From contig NC_068996.1 of assembly GCF_001194135.2 (NCBI RefSeq), forward strand, positions 37,227,119-37,291,118: a stretch of DNA of 64,000 nucleotides, read 5' to 3'. Position numbers and translations under genes: made by a program. Numbering within the stretch: the stretch's first letter is position 1; each line of letters starts with the position of its first letter. Shown in pieces: positions 52,516-64,000 of the stretch. The notes beneath the pieces were generated by a model. That model saw nothing but the letters and a program-made list of their open reading frames with translations. It was not told the origin of the DNA and made no database searches. This stretch comes from Octopus bimaculoides. Lineage: Eukaryota.

Positions 52516-55500
52516 TAGCAGATACAATATATATATATACAGAAAGAGAGAGAGAGAGAGAGAGATGGAAGTAGAGATATGAAAAGAAAAAGGTCTAAGT
52601 AGTGAGCCGTGGGAGAAGGGACTATGCAAGTAGTGACAGTTATGACAGCAAAGTAAGTTAGTCCTACAAAGACCTTTGTGCTGACCAATGTTTACCTGGC
52701 TGTAGAGCTGATTGAAAATCTGCCCAATTCTCAGTGGTGTTCTGGTCACCCGATTGTCTACTATCATTTGATGTGCTATCAGACTTCTGGTTCAAGGTAG
52801 ATGATGCACTCGAGAGAGACATGGATTGTAAATCGTCCTCGATGTAGTTTAATTGCCTGAAGACTGCATATTTGTCTAACTGGTTGGTGGCCATTTCAAT
52901 CTCCTTCTTCATAGAATGTATTATTGGCGCGGCTTTGAAGTCAGAATATTCATCTTCCACTGCGTTAAGATCTGCCGTTTTGAACTCGGTGCATCCCTCT
53001 GCTTTCTGTGCCTTTATTGAACTTAAGTTGGCAAATGAGCCAACGTTTACAGTGCTGGCTAAATTATTTGCTCCTGGGGGTTTACTTAATAAAGGAGGAA
53101 CTATTTCTCCAGAAGGAAGTGGGGTAGTGGTTGGAATTGGGCTTTTGGGAGGGGTTTGGGGATTGTTTGGAAATAAGGTATCCCCTAAATGAAAAGATCT
53201 GCGCGTGGAAGATAAATTTGGGGAGGGAACCTGCTGCATATTTCGGCGGCTCTTAAAATCGTCAACATAAAGATCGAGGGCTTTAAAGTCCTCACCCTCG
53301 GACTGCTCAGAAGTACTGAACTGGCTGGTGTCATCACTTGGTTTACTGTCAGCAGACTTGAAGTCATCGTAATCATCATCAAAGCTATTTGTTGAGGTAC
53401 CTGAAAAAGAAATTATAGTTTCATGCAAATACTTGTAAGTAATTTTTACTATTTCAAAGCTATCTAAAAATTACAAAAAAATAAATAAAAATTAAAAAAT
53501 TACAAAAATGAAATTATAAATACGTTTAGAAAATTTTTCAGAAAAATAACTTATGAAAAAAAGAAACTATATTTAAAAAAATAAATTAACAATCTACCTA
53601 TTAAAAATAAATTAACAATTAAGACAAAAATAATTTTAAGTGATTCTGTTGCCCAGGAGCAGATCTATAATCAATATTATGACCATTAACCCTTTTCTTA
53701 GACACCAGCACAATCAAGATCACATCTATCTGTTGTTATTGTAATTTCCTAAGACAACAGGGTGTTATTTGAGGAATAATAAGCTGATGTTTCTAGCTAG
53801 ATGAATAAATGTTCAGAGGTTTCCTCATACATTTCCAAACAAGCAACATACTGAGAGAATCCTGATTTCCTGCTCCAGCAAGGCCCCAGGACCAGATCTG
53901 ATATGTATTTCTTCAACTAAGACAAACGACTTGTACATATTTAAGAGTCCTACTTAGAAACACTACAGAGTATTCAAAGATTTAAACTAACAAACTTATA
54001 ATAATGGTTTCAAATTTTAGCACAGGCCAGCAGTTTTTGAAGGATAGGGGGGAAATTGATTACATCAACCAGCGACTTGACTGGTACTTATTTTATTCTT
54101 TTCTACTCAAGGCACAAGGCCTGAAATTTTGGAGGAGGGGGCCAGTCAATTAGATCAACCCTAGTATGCAGCTTGTACTTATTTTATTGACCTGAAAAGG
54201 ATGAAAGGCAAAGCTGATCTCAACAGAATTTGAACACAGAATGAAAACAATGGATGAATTGCTGCCAAGTATTTTGTTTGGCATGCTAAAGGTTCTGCTG
54301 CCTTAAACATACTTATAATAATAACCACAACCATTGTATTGCAGAAAAAGGTATTAGGATAACGAAACATTATTTTAATTTTTTGAAACAAGTCACATGA
54401 ATATTTCCATAGGTAAATATATTACGAAATAATTATTTGGCATTTATTGAAGTATTTAAACATTCACACACACATTCACAAACACCATAATCAATTTTAC
54501 ATCCATTCTCCATGCTGGCATGGGTTACACATTTTAACCTAATCCAACAGATTGGAGGAACACATCTTGCCTTTCCTAATATCAACCACACTACATAGTA
54601 CCCGGGGTACAGTCATAGCATCAGTACTAGAGAGGTTGCCTATAGCTTGCAAGAATAAAGAGCCCTCTCAAATGATGGAAGAATAGGAGAGAGAGGGATT
54701 ACTATGAGTTGGTTGGTAATACTTTAATCATTGATTTCTATAGTTTAGATAGGTTTAACCCTTCAGCATTCAGATCATTCAGTCAAATGTAATGCTCATT
54801 TATTCACATTAATTTAAAATAATCATACATTATCTTGAGGTTTTGAGATCATAATGATGTGATTGATTATTTTTAAAATGACATTGAAGAGCAGGAGTGA
54901 GAGGCTAGATATGGCTAGTTTGGGCCTGATATGACCAGTTTAATACTAAAGGGTTAATAAATGAAAACTTAACCACCACAGGATTAACAACTTAACCTAC
55001 TAGTTTGTCTTAGATTATTCCTCACAATTTGTCTTTCAATTTTCACTGATTTCAATGGCAATGTTTCACAAGATGTTTCCTTAAACTATTCGAACCTAAC
55101 TGAAATTCTTGACACCTCTCATTTGCAATGTATTCTTCACATTTGAACATCTAAATATAAAACCTTTGTTTTACAATCAAAAAATCTGATAATCTTGATG
55201 GTCTGTTAATTCCTATCAAGCCTAAACGAAAGGTTTGACAAGAATTAACAGACTCTTAAAAAATGGCACTGATGTAAACCAAGGAAACTTTGGTGATACA
55301 AATATGCAAATAGAAATATTAGGGATTTCAAATTTTGGTGCAAAGCCAGCAATTTCAGTAGGGTGAGTTGATTACATCTACTCCAGTGCTCAGAATAATC
55401 AAAAGTATAAGTTGAGAATACATTCATGTTTGGCCCTTTTACACATCTTTACGGGAATCCTTCAACAACCTTAAACTTCTATTGTTTCCTTTCTGACAGT

Positions 55501-58500
55501 TTATATTTTACATGAACATTATTTATTAAATTACAAAATTATGACTAAATCATTAGAGAAGGAGAAAGATAATGGTAAAGATTTTTACCTGAAGAATCAT
55601 CACTGCAGAAAAAATTTCTTACATTCGAATATTTATCCTCAGCACTTAGCTCTGGTAATGCTTCAAATGCAACTTTAGTTACAGGTGTGATAGAACTGTA
55701 AAATATTAAAAATGCAACTTAAAAAAAAAAAAAAACATATAACTGCAATTTTTTAGGAATTCTGTTAAAAAATTTATTTGGAGAAAAGACAAAAGAAATG
55801 TAAACAAAAACAGTTTTTGTTTACAACCACTTTTGTTTTCAGTGCTTGCATGGATGGGATAAATTTCTGTTTCATATTTTGTTGGAGCTTTTATTATTGT
55901 TGTTGTTGCTTAAGAACAGGTCAACCCTGATCAGATAAATGTTGCAGTCAGGACCATCCTGTTTTTTTTTTATTTCAGAAATAGTAAATCAATCCCATCT
56001 CAGTACACTAATAGGCAATATAAATGTTGGTTGATTGGTTTGTTCAGTCATTCCTTATATCACATACACAGGAGGAGGGAGAGCAAAAAAAGAAAAAGAG
56101 GAAGAAAGAGAGATACAGAGGGAGTTATCTTAACAGTTGCAGGATGAGTGCACATAGGTTTGATGGGAGGAGGAGGAGGAGAGGGAGTTAATGACAGAGT
56201 AGTTGCAGGGGATTTTATACAAATGAGGAATTTGTATTTATTTAATTTTTACTTGAAGGAAATAAATATTTTTCTTTTGAAAATTAGTATTCATTTCATC
56301 ATTTTGTATAGTGCCACATAAAATGCACTCAGCACACACTGCAGAGTGGCTGGCACGAAGAAAGGCATCCAGTACTAGAAGCCAAGCCAAATCAGACTGG
56401 TACTTGGTGCAGTTCTCCAGCTTGCTACCTTTAGCACTCAGCACACACAATAAAGTGGTTGGTGTTAGGAAGGGCATCCAGCTGTAGAAACCAGGCCAAG
56501 TCAGACTGGAAAATGGAAGTTAAATGATGATGATGACACTGGTGACCAAGAAACTTGATAAAAGTTAAATTATAGTTATTGTGTGTATGCCATCATCAAC
56601 ATTATCATAATAACTTCCCTGATATTTCTCCTGGTGGCAACAGTATCCTTCCAAAATTACCTATCATATGATGGATAAAAAATCCAGTTATCTAATAGTC
56701 TATGAGGCTACTAACTCTGTTGTCAACAAAGAGGTTCTCTTGCTAAGCAAAGAGTAGATTATTCAATGCATGTGTACAAATTGTGATGTTGCATACAATA
56801 GTGAGATGTAGGTACTGAATGTAAAAGATGTGCAAAAGTCAGAAAGAAACAAAACAAGCATGACCCACAGAGTGAGTAATGTTAATGTGCAGGAGCAATG
56901 AGGCACAGATGAGCTGAGAGAAAAACTGCATATAAGAGAAATCAGGTGTAGCATACAACAGAGACAACTATACTGGTATGGACGCATAATGTGAGCAGAT
57001 GATGACATTTGGAGGGAAAAGTACCGTAAGATTCATGTGGAACATGAAAAACCAAGGAAGAGACACAAGCAGAAGAGGTGAAAGCTGATTTCTGAAAGTT
57101 CGATTTCATGAAAGAGATGACAAAGGAATATAACTAGTGATGGAACGATGTGTTGGAGGAGATTTGTTAAATCCAGGAAATAAAAATTATCATCATCTGT
57201 AGAGGTTCACATCTACTAAAGCAACTGTTTTCTAGTTGGAAACCCTTCTTACTATTAACTGACTGCTCAACTACAAAGTATGAGTAGAACTGGTGTGAGA
57301 GTTAAGGGTTGATGGAAAGCAACGGTCACAGTGTAACAAACGGGAGTCAGTTGCTGAGATTTATGTATCCTGATCAGAAACACAAGATACTAAGTGAAAT
57401 AATATATATCAGAGCAGTAATGTCAGAAACTCAATGCTTACAAAAGTGTTCATTACAAGCATAGAGTGTAGTTGTTTATCAAGGGCTTAATAAACTACAT
57501 GTGATTATATAAAGAGAGAGAGAGAGAGTGAGCGGGTAGAGAAAGAGAATAACTGCAGAGGATGTGTTAGAGAATGGGAACAAATGAGGTAAGCTTGCTC
57601 TGCTGAATGTGTAATGTCAAGCATGCATGTTGAATGATGGACAGGTCAAAAAGTGTCGTGTTATCCAAGTAGAAGGAACCTGCAGAAGAGGACAACAAAA
57701 ATATGTGAGAATAGGTAGGGACTGATCACAGAATTCTAGGTATTTTGGAAGGGACAACTAAGGGCTGCAACAAGTAGTGAGAGACTGTGCTGAAAACAAA
57801 CTGACTCAACACAATCCAAAATCAAAGACAGACATATGATACAATAGTTGATTGAATGGCAATTAATTGACTGAATGAAGAGTAATTGAATAATGATTGA
57901 CTGAATAACAATTGATTGAATGATGATGATTGATTGAATGCTGATGATAGACTGAAAATTGATTGATTGACTGAATGATGATTTCTAATTTAAGCAGAAA
58001 AGCAAAATTTCAGATAATGATATATCTATATTGCTCAGTGAAAGCCTTTCATACACAACATACTGCACAGTTTGAATTTACTAAATAAGCAGAATAGATT
58101 TTTTAAAAAGTCTCAAACTCACTTGCAATTTACTTGGGTTACATCAGTCACAGGTGACATATTAAATTGGTCCAAAGAATCTAAAATAACAAGAATATAT
58201 TGTTTTTTTTTTAAATTCTCAAATCATAATATAACAAATGATATTAGACATTACAATTTCCAATATGACCCACATTTCTGCTGATACGCAAGAGTTCTGG
58301 TGAGTTATCTTGTGGGAGATAAAATGTTGCAGTCTAAATAGAGAGACATTTATTTCAAAACAGAACAGCAAGCATATTTGTGGTGTAATCATTAATGATA
58401 ACAAGCAACAAGCTAGAGATACATGGTCCGGGACTGTCCGTCACATCACTAGTACTTATTTCTGATCATGTGACATAAAATCATGTGACACTACGAATGC

Positions 58501-61500
58501 TAAATCTCCTTCACTGCATTCCAAGACGTAATGAAGCTTTCTGTGTTTTGAGAAGACCTTAGTGTTGGAGCTTGCATTGTAGGGCATTGTTTTATTTGAT
58601 CATCATCATCTGGTCAAGCTTGCTCAGACATTTTTCACCTGCACACACACCATCCATGTCAGTCCTGCATTAGTTGAGGGAGGTCTTCAGGGAGGTGACC
58701 AGTGTCCTCTGGAGAGATGACCTACATACATTGTATTTGGATGACCTGCTTCAATACAGCCATGCTTTGGCATCCATAGCAGTAGGTCACTTGCCAGCAA
58801 TGTCCTGCAAAGCACGAGTGCCTTTCCCTTATAAAACTTGGAAATAAGCAGGAGGTTGCTGTACAGCTTTTTTTGGTGGGATGAAATCTCCAAGATATAT
58901 TATCAATATTTGATATTGATATATTATAGCTACTAAACTCTGCTTGCGAAGACCTGTTGAGGAAAGTGAATTTGAAATTGAAATCGAACCAAATCCGACG
59001 ACTGGCACTCATGCCAACCTCTCCTTCATTGGACACTATACTCTGCTTGCGAAGACCTGTTGGGGCAAGTGAAATCGAAATCGTAATTGAACCATATTCG
59101 ATGACTGGCACCTGTGCCAGTGGAGCACTAACGGCACTGTCCGAGTGTGATCATTGCCAGAGCAGCTGTCTGGCTTCCGTGCTAGTCGCACGTAAAACAG
59201 CACCATTTGAGCATGATCGTTACCAGCGTCGCCTTACTGGCACTTGTGCAGGTGGCACGTAAAAAGCACCCACTACACTCTCAGAGTGGTTGGTGTTAGG
59301 AAGGGCACCCAGCTGTAGAAACTCTGCCAGATCAGATTGGAGCCTGGTGCAGCCATCCGGTTCACCAGTCCTCAGTCAAATCGTCCAACCCATGCTAGCA
59401 TGGAAAGCGGACGTTAAACGATTATGATGATGATGATGATTAATTGTAGTAACAATATGCCTAGTACCACAATTAATCAAACTACTTCTAAATGACTTTA
59501 ATTCTGTCTTCATTTTTCTATCTAGAAAACACTGAGAAAGGGTTTGATATTTAAATTAAAAACATAACATTTAATTTGTAGTTAGTTTAGCTAATTTAGA
59601 AAATAGCTCAACAAAACACAATAGCATATAATTAAAAAGAAAACAGATTTCTAAACCTGAATAAGGACTGCTGGCTTGTTTAATTGTCAAAAACCTGTTT
59701 TAATTTCTGAGGTTTAAATAATAATGAAAGATATTGGAAGTTGATGAAAATATGAAGATAAAGTTTGTTGTATATCAAGGGTCATATAAATTTAAAATAT
59801 TACTGTAAACAACTGTTAAAATACCAGTCATATATTCAGGTTGATTCAGTTAACAACATTTCGCTGATATACATTTGTGGCTTTTGCTTCTGTGCAAGAA
59901 ATCTGCTTGTGAATATATCGATCTATACTGAAAGAACATCATTACTGAAATCTCCATCATTATCATAATTTCATTTTCTTCAATGCTTGCATGGGCTGGA
60001 CAGAATTCTTTTGTTAGAGTAGATTTTCTATGGTCAGATGTTCTTGATGCCAAGTCTCACTTGTTTCCAAGCAAGGTAATATTCTCCATTTTTATCTTTA
60101 TCTTTTACTTGTTTGAGTCATTAGATTGCGGCCATGTTGGGGCACCACCTTGAGGAACTTTACTCAAATGAATCGATCCCAATACTTATTCTCTGTCTAA
60201 CCCTGGTATCTATTCTATCAGTATCTTTTGCCAAATCACTAAGTTACAGAGATGTAAACACATCAACAACAGTTGTCAAGTGGTGGTGGAGGACAAACAT
60301 AGACACAAAGACACACACACACACACACACAACGAGCTTCTTTCAGTTTCCATCTACTAAATCCACTCACAAGGCTTTGGTTGGCCTGGCGTTGTATTAG
60401 AAGACACTTGCCCAACATGCCATGCAGTGGGAGTGAACCCAGAACCATGTGATTAGGAAGCAAACTTTATACCACACAGCCACGCTTGTGCCTATAAGAT
60501 GAAAGGCAAAGTTCAACTTGGCAGAATTCGAACTCAAAATATAGAGACAGACAAAATGCTGCTAAGTATTTTGTCTGGCATGATAACGATTCTGCCAGAT
60601 CACCACCCTAGGGCAGGCATATTTTTCGTCGAAGGCAAGAAATGGACATCATTTGATTGACGGTGATGTTTGTTTACAACCATCACATGAAGTTAAAACA
60701 AGGGTACAATTACACACACACACACACATATTATATTGGCACAGCTCAGTGTGACTCCAAAAAACAGGTATTGCCAATTGGCATCATTAGGCTGTAGCCG
60801 GCATAGTAGTATAGGCACTTTTATATGCATATTCAAAACGTTTCCTGTAAATGAACTTAAAGAATAGATACATACACACACATATATGTATCATCTACAT
60901 TTAACATCTGTTTTCTATGCCAGTATGGGTTAGACTACATATATATAGCAGGCTCTTTCTAGTTTCTGTCTATCAAATCCACTGAATATAGTAGGGCTAT
61001 AGTAGAAGACATTTGTACAAAGTGCTGTAGTTGTACAGTGGGATTGAACCCATGTTTGGAAAACAAGCTTCTTAACACACAGCCACACCTAGACACACTA
61101 ATTAAAACATAGCAATTAAAATATTCCCAACATGAAAACATTTTCAGTGCATGTTTATACTCAATTTTTTTTCCTTTATTAGAATCATGTTTCTTTGATG
61201 TTTGTTTGTAACTGGATGCCCTTTCTATTGCAATGTACTCAACCAAAAATCAAGAAGCAAGCAGAGTTATGTCTCCAATAACTCCACATAACTGGCTAAT
61301 GATGAAATACAATAATGTTTGAACAAAAGCCATTATGCTTTTATGTTGGGCCATTCAAAATATTTACAATAAGAAACTTTACACGGTTCTTAATCGGCTA
61401 GTTTTAGTGAAAACAGCTTTAACCAGTTTTTGAAATTGAGCAAATAATCCTTTTGACTATAGGTAGAAGGCTTGAAATTCTGGTGGAGACAATCAATTAC

Positions 61501-62897
61501 ATCAGCCCCAGTGTTTAATTGATACTTTATTTTATTGACCCTGAAAAGTTTTAAAGTAAAGTTGATCTCAGTGGAATTTGAATTCAGAACATAAAGCTGG
61601 AAGAAAAGCTGCTAAGCATTTTGTCCAAGCATGCCAATGATTCTGACAGTTTAATGAAAATAAATATTAAAAATCTGGAATCAAATTGTATTCTCAAGTT
61701 TTGGTCCCTATTCTTTTTCATCTCTGCCCCAAAATTAGTTCAAATAATTTCTAGAAAACTTTTGTTAAGTTAAAAGAAAACATATTTAGATTGCTTAAAG
61801 TAATATTGATTTTGTGATGTTGGCACAAGACACAAATTTGGAGTAAAGAGTCTATTAACCTTTTTGATACCAACCCACTTGAAACTGCCCTTGTTTTAAG
61901 GTATTCTAAATAAACACCACCACTATGAAAATTTCATGTTAATTTATGTCCCAAGCATCAAAATTATTTTACTAACTTCTTTATAATTTTCAAAATGAAT
62001 TCATGGAAAGGCATTGTATTTTATCAGAAATATGGTTAAAAAAACAAAACAAAACAAACAAAACAAAAAAGTTAAATCAAACCCAGTTCATGATTGTTCT
62101 TATTTTATTCATCTCAGTAAGGATGAAAGACAAGTTTGACCCCAGACAGAATTTTTCAGAATTTAAACTCACAACACAGAAAAACATAACTAAATACTGC
62201 AGTGCATTTCATTCAACAGTTTACTAATTCTCCTAATCCCCACACTCGGAAGAGTAACATTAAAACTGAAATTTCCAAAATAACAAAACTATAAAATCAA
62301 AATAATAAAGCATAGAAAAAGTTCAAACACAATCTACAGAGAAATCAGTAAAAATTACAAGAAAGGAATTTAAAAAAAAAAAAAAAAATTTATACCTGAC
62401 GTTATTTTAGGAGCAACCTGAAAATCAGCGAAATCCTCATCTCCATATAAATTCTCTGTCGGGGCTGTCTGTGTAACTTCTTTAGAGAACGTTCCAAAAA
62501 CAGGAGCACTCTGAGATGTGCTAAGCTGAGTGGAAGCATTTAACCCTAAGAGATAAATATATTATTAATTTTATGAAATGAATACATTAACCAAAGCCCC
62601 AAATAGTGTTAATGCTAAATACATACCAAACGTGGTTTCTAGTAAAGATGTCGGGGTACTTTCAAAAGGAACTGAAGTGGGTGGTCTAACGGTAGATGAA
62701 GAATTTGGTAGCAATGTCCCACCGCTGGCTAAAGATGCATCTTGGGTGGCAAAAGATGGTGGTGAAGATGCTCCAAAACTTGTGACAGCATTCTGCTGTG
62801 TTGGTGTTATTTGAGTGGCTGAGGCTTGGTTGAAAAATGGCACCGGAGGAGAAGGTAGCTGATGAAGAATCTCCATTGATGGAATGCCTTGGTTATT
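34286..62897 (-). CDS. SYNRG: Synergin gamma (AP-1 gamma-ear binding protein), last 11 coding exons (about 1035 aa); N-terminus/EH domain outside the window
   Basis: Eleven AG/GT exons chain in phase (3108 nt including stop). They carry repeated acidic F/W/Y-x-x-F motifs (DFADF, DYDDF, EYSDF, WADF, EFGGF), DKY motifs, and a C-terminus LLKDIDLAWNNL...KACGVCLLNVD...KLTYSGRQYHTTCANFWVNCVD characteristic of synergin gamma. Confidence 0.92.
34690..34935 (-). mobile_element. CR1-type LINE 3' fragment
   Basis: HCTVPKVP...SLGIKGPRVFNTLPEHVSGLQGVSVDVFKKQLDLLVSKVPD. Confidence 0.7.
34968..35170. mobile_element. Second TTAA MITE family (CCCTTTTG(A/T)TA termini); relatives near 30960-31096, 38446-38670, 41830-42035, 61857-62035
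   Basis: Shared body GAAAATAATGAAGAA...AAATTTTGATGG...ATCACTTTAAAACAG; ends resemble GGTATCAAAAGGGTTAA. Confidence 0.6.
35292..35383 (-). CDS. SYNRG: SYNRG penultimate coding exon
   Basis: cttttag|TG CTA ACA...TTA TTG|gtaaga; VLTNERLETLLKDIDLAWNNLAAFLSASSLL; phase 1 to 0. Confidence 0.9.
36039..36720 (+). mobile_element. piggyBac-type transposon 5' fragment with degenerate transposase N-terminus
   Basis: Starts TTAA|CCCT. Acidic N-terminal ORF MSTNSDSDFEGFTLDDV. Downstream frameshifted PLDYF...VAE.TN.YAQ...PDPLWQPTDNMEMQDF resembles the PGBD/DDE_Tnp_1_7 N-terminal region. Confidence 0.7.
36900..36956 (-). CDS. SYNRG: SYNRG exon
   Basis: tattttcag|CT ATT ATT...TCA G|gtaaat; AIIEIYRVVCKITVTMRMS; phase 1 to 1. 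Confidence 0.85.
38675..38762. mobile_element. hAT(Charlie)-like mini-MITE; a second partial end follows to about 38861
   Basis: Termini CAGTGTTTTTCAAACT...AGTTTGAAAAATGCTG with subterminal GCGACCC; the 8-bp TSD matches only 5 of 8. Confidence 0.55.
38900..39120. mobile_element. TTAA-flanked MITE (same family; another copy follows to about 39308)
   Basis: TTAA|CCTTTTAGCATTT...AATGCTAAAGGG|TTAA. Confidence 0.75.
39539..39680 (-). CDS. SYNRG: SYNRG exon interrupted by a 20-N assembly gap
   Basis: ctactctag|GGA AGT GAA; GSEHHCHEWTKCLDKCYQRI[gap]STSCVCNEVLKSCQGADYIM; G|gtgagt; phase 0 to 1. Confidence 0.85.
42299..42402 (-). CDS. SYNRG: SYNRG exon
   Basis: ttatccag|GA ACA ATG...GTC CAA|gtaagt; GTMPTLPQPVPPQTVVNKENLIARDRYSSVIQDVQ; phase 1 to 0. 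Confidence 0.85.
43624..44802 (-). CDS. SYNRG: SYNRG large exon (1179 nt)
   Basis: ttattacag|CC GGT CAT...GTT G|gtaagt; contains most of ORF 43505-44755; GWAEFQ, NWADFTQ, DEFGGFS. Confidence 0.9.
46125..46580 (-). mobile_element. RTE 3' UTR copy; other copies near 1071-1380(+), 29690-29920(+), 32125-32390(-), 32540-32822(+), 39780-40300(-), 40935-41150(-), 50550-50720(+), 56310-56535(+), 58945-59440(+), 63190-63500(-)
   Basis: Near-identical blocks CTACAGCTGGATGCCCTTCCTAA(C/T)GCCAACCACTC and CCAACCCATGCTAGCATGGAAAGCGGACGTTAAACGATGATG. Confidence 0.8.
49258..49605. repeat. Diverged minisatellite with a period of about 60 bp
   Basis: GATAAAGTGTTTAGTTATTTTCTA alternating with GATGT(T/A)GTG(T/C)TTAGCTAT, about 6 periods. 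Confidence 0.75.
52696..53400 (-). CDS. SYNRG: SYNRG exon (705 nt)
   Basis: tttttcag|GT ACC...CCA G|gtaaac; within ORF 52664-53428; DDDYDDFKS, DEYSDFKAA, LDKYAVFRQL, ENWADFQS. Confidence 0.9.
54759..54953. mobile_element. TTAA-flanked MITE (same family)
   Basis: TTAA|CCCTTCAGCATT...AATACTAAAGGG|TTAA. Confidence 0.75.
55589..55695 (-). CDS. SYNRG: SYNRG exon
   Basis: attttacag|T TCT ATC...TCA G|gtaaaa; SITPVTKVAFEALPELSAEDKYSNVRNFFCSDDSS; phase 2 to 1. Confidence 0.8.
58123..58180 (-). CDS. SYNRG: SYNRG small exon
   Basis: ttattttag|AT TCT TTG...TGC AA|gtgagt; DSLDQFNMSPVTDVTQVNC; supplies the required phase 1 to 2 shift. Confidence 0.75.
58600..58900 (-). mobile_element. Degenerate RTE-like LINE 3' end (a different subfamily)
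   Basis: Frameshifted CFAGHCW...LASDLLLWMPKHG...G.P.TMYV; ends in GATGATGAT. Confidence 0.65.
62396..62545 (-). CDS. SYNRG: SYNRG exon
   Basis: tctcttag|GG TTA AAT...TCA G|gtataa; GLNASTQL...ENLYGDEDFADFQVAPKITS; phase 1 to 1. Confidence 0.85.
62627..62897 (-). CDS. SYNRG: SYNRG exon (first visible)
   Basis: tttttgcag|AAT AAC CAA...TTT G|gtatgt; NNQGIPSMEILHQLPSPPVP...LETTF; phase 0 to 1. Confidence 0.8.
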
Positions 62898-64000
62898 CTG
62901 CAAAAATTATCAATTTTAGTTATTTGGATTTTTCAGTATTAATATAAGAATTATAATTATTAAAATTGTTGTAAATAAAACACTGTAGAGAGAATATTTT
63001 GTTTAATTCAAAATATGGTCTAATGGATTTAAAAACAATAACATTGTCACAGCAGTTGTCATAAATACATATCCTTATTTCAACCTTATTACATTCCATC
63101 AGCCATAAAAAAGACAACACTATCATATTGTATGAGTCACAAAAAACAGGACACTATACGACATTAGTCTAAGAGGATAGAATATCATCATCATGATTGT
63201 TTAATGTCCGCTTTCCATGCTGGCATGTGTTGGACGGTTTGACTGAGGACTGGTGAGCCAGATGGCTGCACTAGGCTCCAATCTGATCTGGCAGAGTTTC
63301 TACAGCTGGATGCCCTTCCTAACACCAACCACTCCGAGAGTGTAGTGGATGCTTTTACGTGCCACTGGCATGAGGGAAACAGCCATGCTCAAATGGTGTT
63401 TTTTATGTGCACTGCCAACGACCTCGCTCGAATGTTACAAGTGCCAGTAAGCGACGCTGGTAACGATCGCACTCGAATGGTGCTTTTTACATGCCACCAA
63501 CTATATTATTAGTCATAAAGAGATACAACACTATCAAATGATGTTAGTCATAAATGGATACATTACAGACCTACTGTGTAACAAATGAGAAAATTAAGAG
63601 TAATCCTACAAACCCTGCACTACAGAAATACAAAATACATAGGCACAGGTATGACTAAAACAAGAAATCAGTCCATTACCTCAGGCCGACCAAAGCCTTG
63701 TAAGTGGATTTGGTAGACAGAAACTGAAAGAAGCCCACCACACGTGTGTGTGTGTTTCTTTGTTTGTTCCTCACCACTACATGACAACCAGTGTTGGTGA
63801 GTTTATGTCCCCATAACTTAGAGGTTTGGCAAAAGAGATCAACAGAATAAATACCAGGCTTAAAAAAGAAATAAGTATCGGGGTCAATTCATTTGACTAA
63901 AAATTCTTCAAGGCACTACCCAGCATGGCCACAATCTAATGATTGAAACGGGGAAAAGAATAAAAGAAAAAAGATATGAGTGACAACTGCCAAATTCCCT

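Noticed and set aside
59825-59927. AG/GT-bounded 103-nt segment that would supply SYNRG's phase 1 to 2 shift
   Set aside because: It has an immediate in-frame TAG; the exon at 58123-58180 fits without stops.
1-64000. CRISPR arrays, operons, rRNA or intact tRNA genes
   Set aside because: This is eukaryotic intron-rich DNA. The tandem repeats lack unique spacers, and the tRNA-like segments are SINE heads without a complete cloverleaf that I could verify.

Overview
AT-rich animal genomic DNA with many N gaps, almost all flanked by (TA)n or (CA)n. The repeat landscape (tRNA-derived SINEs, RTE LINE 3' ends with (GAT)n tails, TTAA MITEs) looks like an octopod cephalopod; that is an inference. Two spliced genes lie tail to tail, both 5'-incomplete in this window. 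On the + strand, 13 phase-consistent GT-AG exons (1909-33238, about 577 aa) encode a coiled-coil protein whose C-terminus resembles LEKR1. On the - strand, 11 phase-consistent exons (62897-34286, about 1035 aa) encode the C-terminal part of synergin gamma (SYNRG), with D/E-F/W/Y-x-x-F motifs and the terminal CGVCLLNVD...YHxxCANFWVN domain. The introns hold a decayed D,D34D mariner, a piggyBac 5' fragment with TTAA MITEs, RTE/CR1/R4-like LINE fragments, two SINE families, Tc1/mariner and hAT MITEs, and mini/microsatellites. The most unusual observations are: (1) a 196-bp foldback whose mismatches are nearly all G.U-compatible on the host-gene sense strand; (2) a roughly 20:1 strand bias of one SINE family that ignores host-gene direction; (3) a 54-bp hairpin insertion with a 12-bp target duplication; (4) two back-to-back tRNA-like heads; (5) a possible poison micro-exon or AG|GT ratchet site in SYNRG. 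I found no clearly new multi-gene system. Gene and repeat names rest on my recall of the families, not on database searches.
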